From: Thermoanaerobaculia bacterium
GTDB taxonomy: Bacteria; Acidobacteriota; Thermoanaerobaculia; UBA5066
Reading direction: 5' to 3'
NCBI GenBank assembly: GCA_963719225.1
Contig: CAVRAY010000001.1
Location: 2,944,001 to 3,008,000, forward strand
DNA length: 64,000 bases
Part shown: piece after piece, positions 61,254 to 64,000 of the stretch
Position numbering within the stretch: position 1 is the stretch's first letter
Layout: each line of letters starts with the position of its first letter
Position numbers and translations under genes: made by a program
Notes under the pieces: generated by a model
What the model was told of the DNA's origin: nothing
Databases searched by the model: none
The model's input: only the letters and a program-made list of their open reading frames with translations

Positions 61254-62138
61254 ATGCTGCCACGCGAGATCGTCCGAAAGCTCCACCGCATCCGCATCCG
61301 GACGAACCGTCTCGTGGAAGCGGGCGTGGGAGGCGAATACCACTCGGTCTTCCGCGGGCGCGGGATGGAGTTCTCCGAGGTGCGCGAATACGTGCCCGGA
61401 GACGACGTGAGGACGATCGACTGGAACGTCACGGCCCGGACGGGCGTCCCGCACGTCAAGAAGTTCGTGGAGGAGCGGGACCTCACGGTTCTGCTCCTCC
61501 TCGACCTCTCGGCGTCGCAGGGTTTCGGCTCGCAGTACCTCACGAAGCGCGAGCTGATGGCCGAGCTCGCGGCCCTTCTTTCGTTCGCGGCGATCAAGAA
61601 CCACGACCGCGTCGGCGCGCTCCTCTTCACGGACCGGCTCGAGCGCTATCACCCGCCGCGCAAGGGCGTCGATCATGCGCTCGCGATCACCCGTGACGCG
61701 CTTTCGCTCGTGCCGGCCGGTCGGACGACCGACCTCGCGCTCGCGCTTCGAAGCGCCGCGTCGCTCCTGAAGCAGCGCGCGGTCGTCTTCGTCGTGTCGG
61801 ACTTCCTCGCGGCGGGATACGAGAAGGCGCTGAAGACCCTCAACAAGCGCCACGACGTCGTCGCGATCCCGATCGCCGATCCGCGCGAGCAGGCCCTCCC
61901 GCCCGCGGGGCTCGTGCGGCTGCGCGACGCCGAGACGGGGGCCACGCGCGTCTTCGACACGGCCGACCCGGTGTTCCGCCAGGCCTGGGGGCGACGCACG
62001 GCGAGCCTGCCGGAGCCGGCCGCGGTCTTCCGCTCCTCGGGAATCGACTCCATCCCCTTGAGGACGGACGCGTCCTACGAGCTGCCCCTCGTGCGCTTCT
62101 TCAAGGAGCGCGAAAAACGCAAGGCGTCGGGGCGATGA
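61254..62138 (+). CDS. DUF58 domain protein
   Basis: GEYHSVFRGRGMEFSEVREYVPGDDVRTIDWNVTAR; start uncertain (61212 or 61254). Confidence 0.92.
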   Translation: MLPREIVRKLHRIRIRTNRLVEAGVGGEYHSVFRGRGMEFSEVREYVPGDDVRTIDWNVTARTGVPHVKKFVEERDLTVLLLLDLSASQGFGSQYLTKRELMAELAALLSFAAIKNHDRVGALLFTDRLERYHPPRKGVDHALAITRDALSLVPAGRTTDLALALRSAASLLKQRAVVFVVSDFLAAGYEKALKTLNKRHDVVAIPIADPREQALPPAGLVRLRDAETGATRVFDTADPVFRQAWGRRTASLPEPAAVFRSSGIDSIPLRTDASYELPLVRFFKEREKRKASGR

Positions 62139-63226
62139 AGAGAATTCTTTTTGCTCCCTCGCGCACTGTTGCACTGGGCGTCATGACCTTGCTGCTCACG
62201 TCGGGATTCGCTGTTTTCTCTTTGAACGGTCAAGAGGGACCGCCCGCGGGCGCCGCCAAGAAATCTTCGTCTTCCTCTTTCTCTTCATACTCGATTTCCG
62301 CGACCGTCGACCACGCGTCCGTCTCCCTCGGCGACCGCGTGGTCGTGACGTACGCCGCCCGCATTCCCGCGGGCGCGACGCTGACGCTCGACGCGCTCGT
62401 GACGCCGGCCCCCGAAGAGGGCGCGCGGCCTCCCGGCGGCGCCGTCCTGGAGTTCGAGAACCCTTCGCCGCCCACCGTCGCGAAGAGCGCCACGGGAGAT
62501 CTCTTCGAATGGCGGCAGGCCGTGGCGCTGTTCCCATTTCAGGCGGGGACGGTGAGCGTGCCGGGCCCCCACTATTCATTCAAAGAATCTCCTTCTTCGT
62601 CTTCCTCCGTCGACGTCCGACCACCCACCGTGGAGCTGACGGTGGCTTCGCGCCTCCCGAAGGACCAGAAGCCCGACCAGCTCGCACCGAAGGCCGACAA
62701 GCCGGTGCGGATCCCGGCATGGCCGGCGTCCTGGTGGGTCGCCCTCGGCGTCGGAGCAGCGCTCGTGGCGGCGCTCGTCGCCTGGCTCGTCGCGCGCCGG
62801 CGGCGGAAGGCCGCGCTCCCCGAGGCCGCGGAGCCCCCCATCCCGCCCGGAGAGGAGCTGCGCCTCGCGCTCGCCCGGCTCGCCGCGGCCGCGGAGGAGC
62901 TCGGCGACGACGCGCGCGGCTTCTACTCCGAGCTCACGTATGCCGTGAAGCGCTTCCTCGAGCGCGTGACGGGCGATCCCGTCCTCGAATGGACGACGTT
63001 CGAGACGGTGAGGCGCTTGCGTGAGAAGGGCTTCGAGTTCCCGCGCGAGGCCGCGTTCCCCGAGCTCCTCGCCTCCGCCGACCGCGTCAAGTTCGGAAAA
63101 GGACCCGCGACGCGCGCGGACGCGAGGGAAGCGCTCGTCAGGGCACGCGTCGTCCTCCACGACGTCGAAGCGCGACAGAAGGCCGACGCCGCCCGCGCCG
63201 CCGCCGCGAAGGAGCGCGCCTCGTGA
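62135..63226 (+). CDS. BatD/DUF4381-like membrane-anchored protein of a Bat operon
   Basis: Signal peptide, Ig-like region, TM helix, then FYSELTYAVKRFLE...TTFE...ADRVKF; operon position. Confidence 0.65.
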   Translation: MKRILFAPSRTVALGVMTLLLTSGFAVFSLNGQEGPPAGAAKKSSSSSFSSYSISATVDHASVSLGDRVVVTYAARIPAGATLTLDALVTPAPEEGARPPGGAVLEFENPSPPTVAKSATGDLFEWRQAVALFPFQAGTVSVPGPHYSFKESPSSSSSVDVRPPTVELTVASRLPKDQKPDQLAPKADKPVRIPAWPASWWVALGVGAALVAALVAWLVARRRRKAALPEAAEPPIPPGEELRLALARLAAAAEELGDDARGFYSELTYAVKRFLERVTGDPVLEWTTFETVRRLREKGFEFPREAAFPELLASADRVKFGKGPATRADAREALVRARVVLHDVEARQKADAARAAAAKERAS

Positions 63227-64000
63227 CCGAAATCCGCTCCTTCCTCGCCTCGCTCCTGCCGCCGGGACTGTCGTTTCGCGATCCTCTGCTGCTCTTTCTT
63301 CTCCTCCTCGTCCCGCTCGCGATCGCCTTCAAGATTCTTCGCGAGAAGCGCGGGGACGGAGCGCTCGTCGTGCCGACGCTCGCGAACGTCGCCGGCGTGC
63401 GTCGGACGTGGCGCGTGCGCTTCCGCCTGCTGCCTTTCGCTCTGGCGCTGATCGGCTACTCCGGCCTCGTCGTCGCGCTCGCCCGGCCGCGCCTCGGCCT
63501 CGAACGGACGGAGTCGTGGACCGAGGGGGTCGACATCTTCATCGCGCTCGACGCGTCCGGCTCGATGGCCGCCGAGGACTTCGCGCCGAAGAACCGCTTC
63601 TTCGTCGCGAAGGCCTGCGCGCGCCAGTTCATCGAGGGGCGCTCGAGCGATCGCGTCGGCCTCCTCGTGTTCGCCGGCCGATCGCGCACGATCAGCCCGC
63701 TGACGACCGACCGCGGCATGGTCCTAGACCGACTCCAGGCTCTCAGGCTCGGGGATCAGGGCGACGGCACCGCGATCGGCCTTGCGCTCGGCAACGCCCT
63801 CGCGCGCCTGCGGCCCTCGAAGGCAAAATCGCGCGTCCTCGTCCTCGTGACCGACGGCGGGAACAACGCGGGGGAAATCGACCCGGATACCGCCGCGCTC
63901 GTCGCGAAGGCTCTCGGCGTGCGCGTGTACACGATCGGCGTCGGAACGAACGGCGGGCCGGTCGAGATCCCCATTCCCATCCGGGACCCCGAGACCGGGC
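63223..64000 (+). CDS. batA: BatA-like VWA domain protein (3' end outside the window)
   Basis: Not in the ORF track. GTG 63223 overlaps the upstream stop. FRDPLLL, ALARP, DIFIALDASGSM (MIDAS), GTAIG, VTDGGNN, YTIGVG. Confidence 0.88.
   Translation, partial: MTEIRSFLASLLPPGLSFRDPLLLFLLLLVPLAIAFKILREKRGDGALVVPTLANVAGVRRTWRVRFRLLPFALALIGYSGLVVALARPRLGLERTESWTEGVDIFIALDASGSMAAEDFAPKNRFFVAKACARQFIEGRSSDRVGLLVFAGRSRTISPLTTDRGMVLDRLQALRLGDQGDGTAIGLALGNALARLRPSKAKSRVLVLVTDGGNNAGEIDPDTAALVAKALGVRVYTIGVGTNGGPVEIPIPIRDPETG

Overview
High-GC (roughly 69% by eye) bacterial chromosomal window of about 55 densely packed genes. Gene content and style suggest Acidobacteriota, possibly Thermoanaerobaculia (inference only). 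I saw no rRNA, tRNA, CRISPR array, integrase or transposase. Left to right: GntR(YtrA)-SPFH; a Cys-free Rrf2 regulator divergent from a compact sulfate ABC operon (sbp, fused cysT-cysW, short cysA); acyl-CoA dehydrogenase; GH63-like glucosidase plus glycogen debranching enzyme; a bufferin-like MNIO RiPP cluster (DoxX, Tat-signal 12-Cys precursor, DUF692, DUF2063); CDGSH and thioredoxin-like genes; LOG, NUDIX, acyl-CoA ligase, serA-DUF1015, RRM protein, D-aminoacylase; an ABC exporter; a ~15 kb surface-glycosylation block; groES-groEL with CIRCE; housekeeping genes (two HU, rsmB, fmt, ftsK, uppP, rsmA, trxA); and a moxR-DUF58-Bat operon. Highlights: (1) an unexplained AT-rich DNA motif CACCTTCTAAGAA (core TTCTWAGAA) repeated inside unrelated coding sequences in different frames and strands, within low-GC patches, including an in-frame palindromic insert in fmt; (2) the Tat-exported, doubled bufferin-like precursor; (3) many predicted leaderless promoters; (4) three single-base frameshifts within 1.4 kb.
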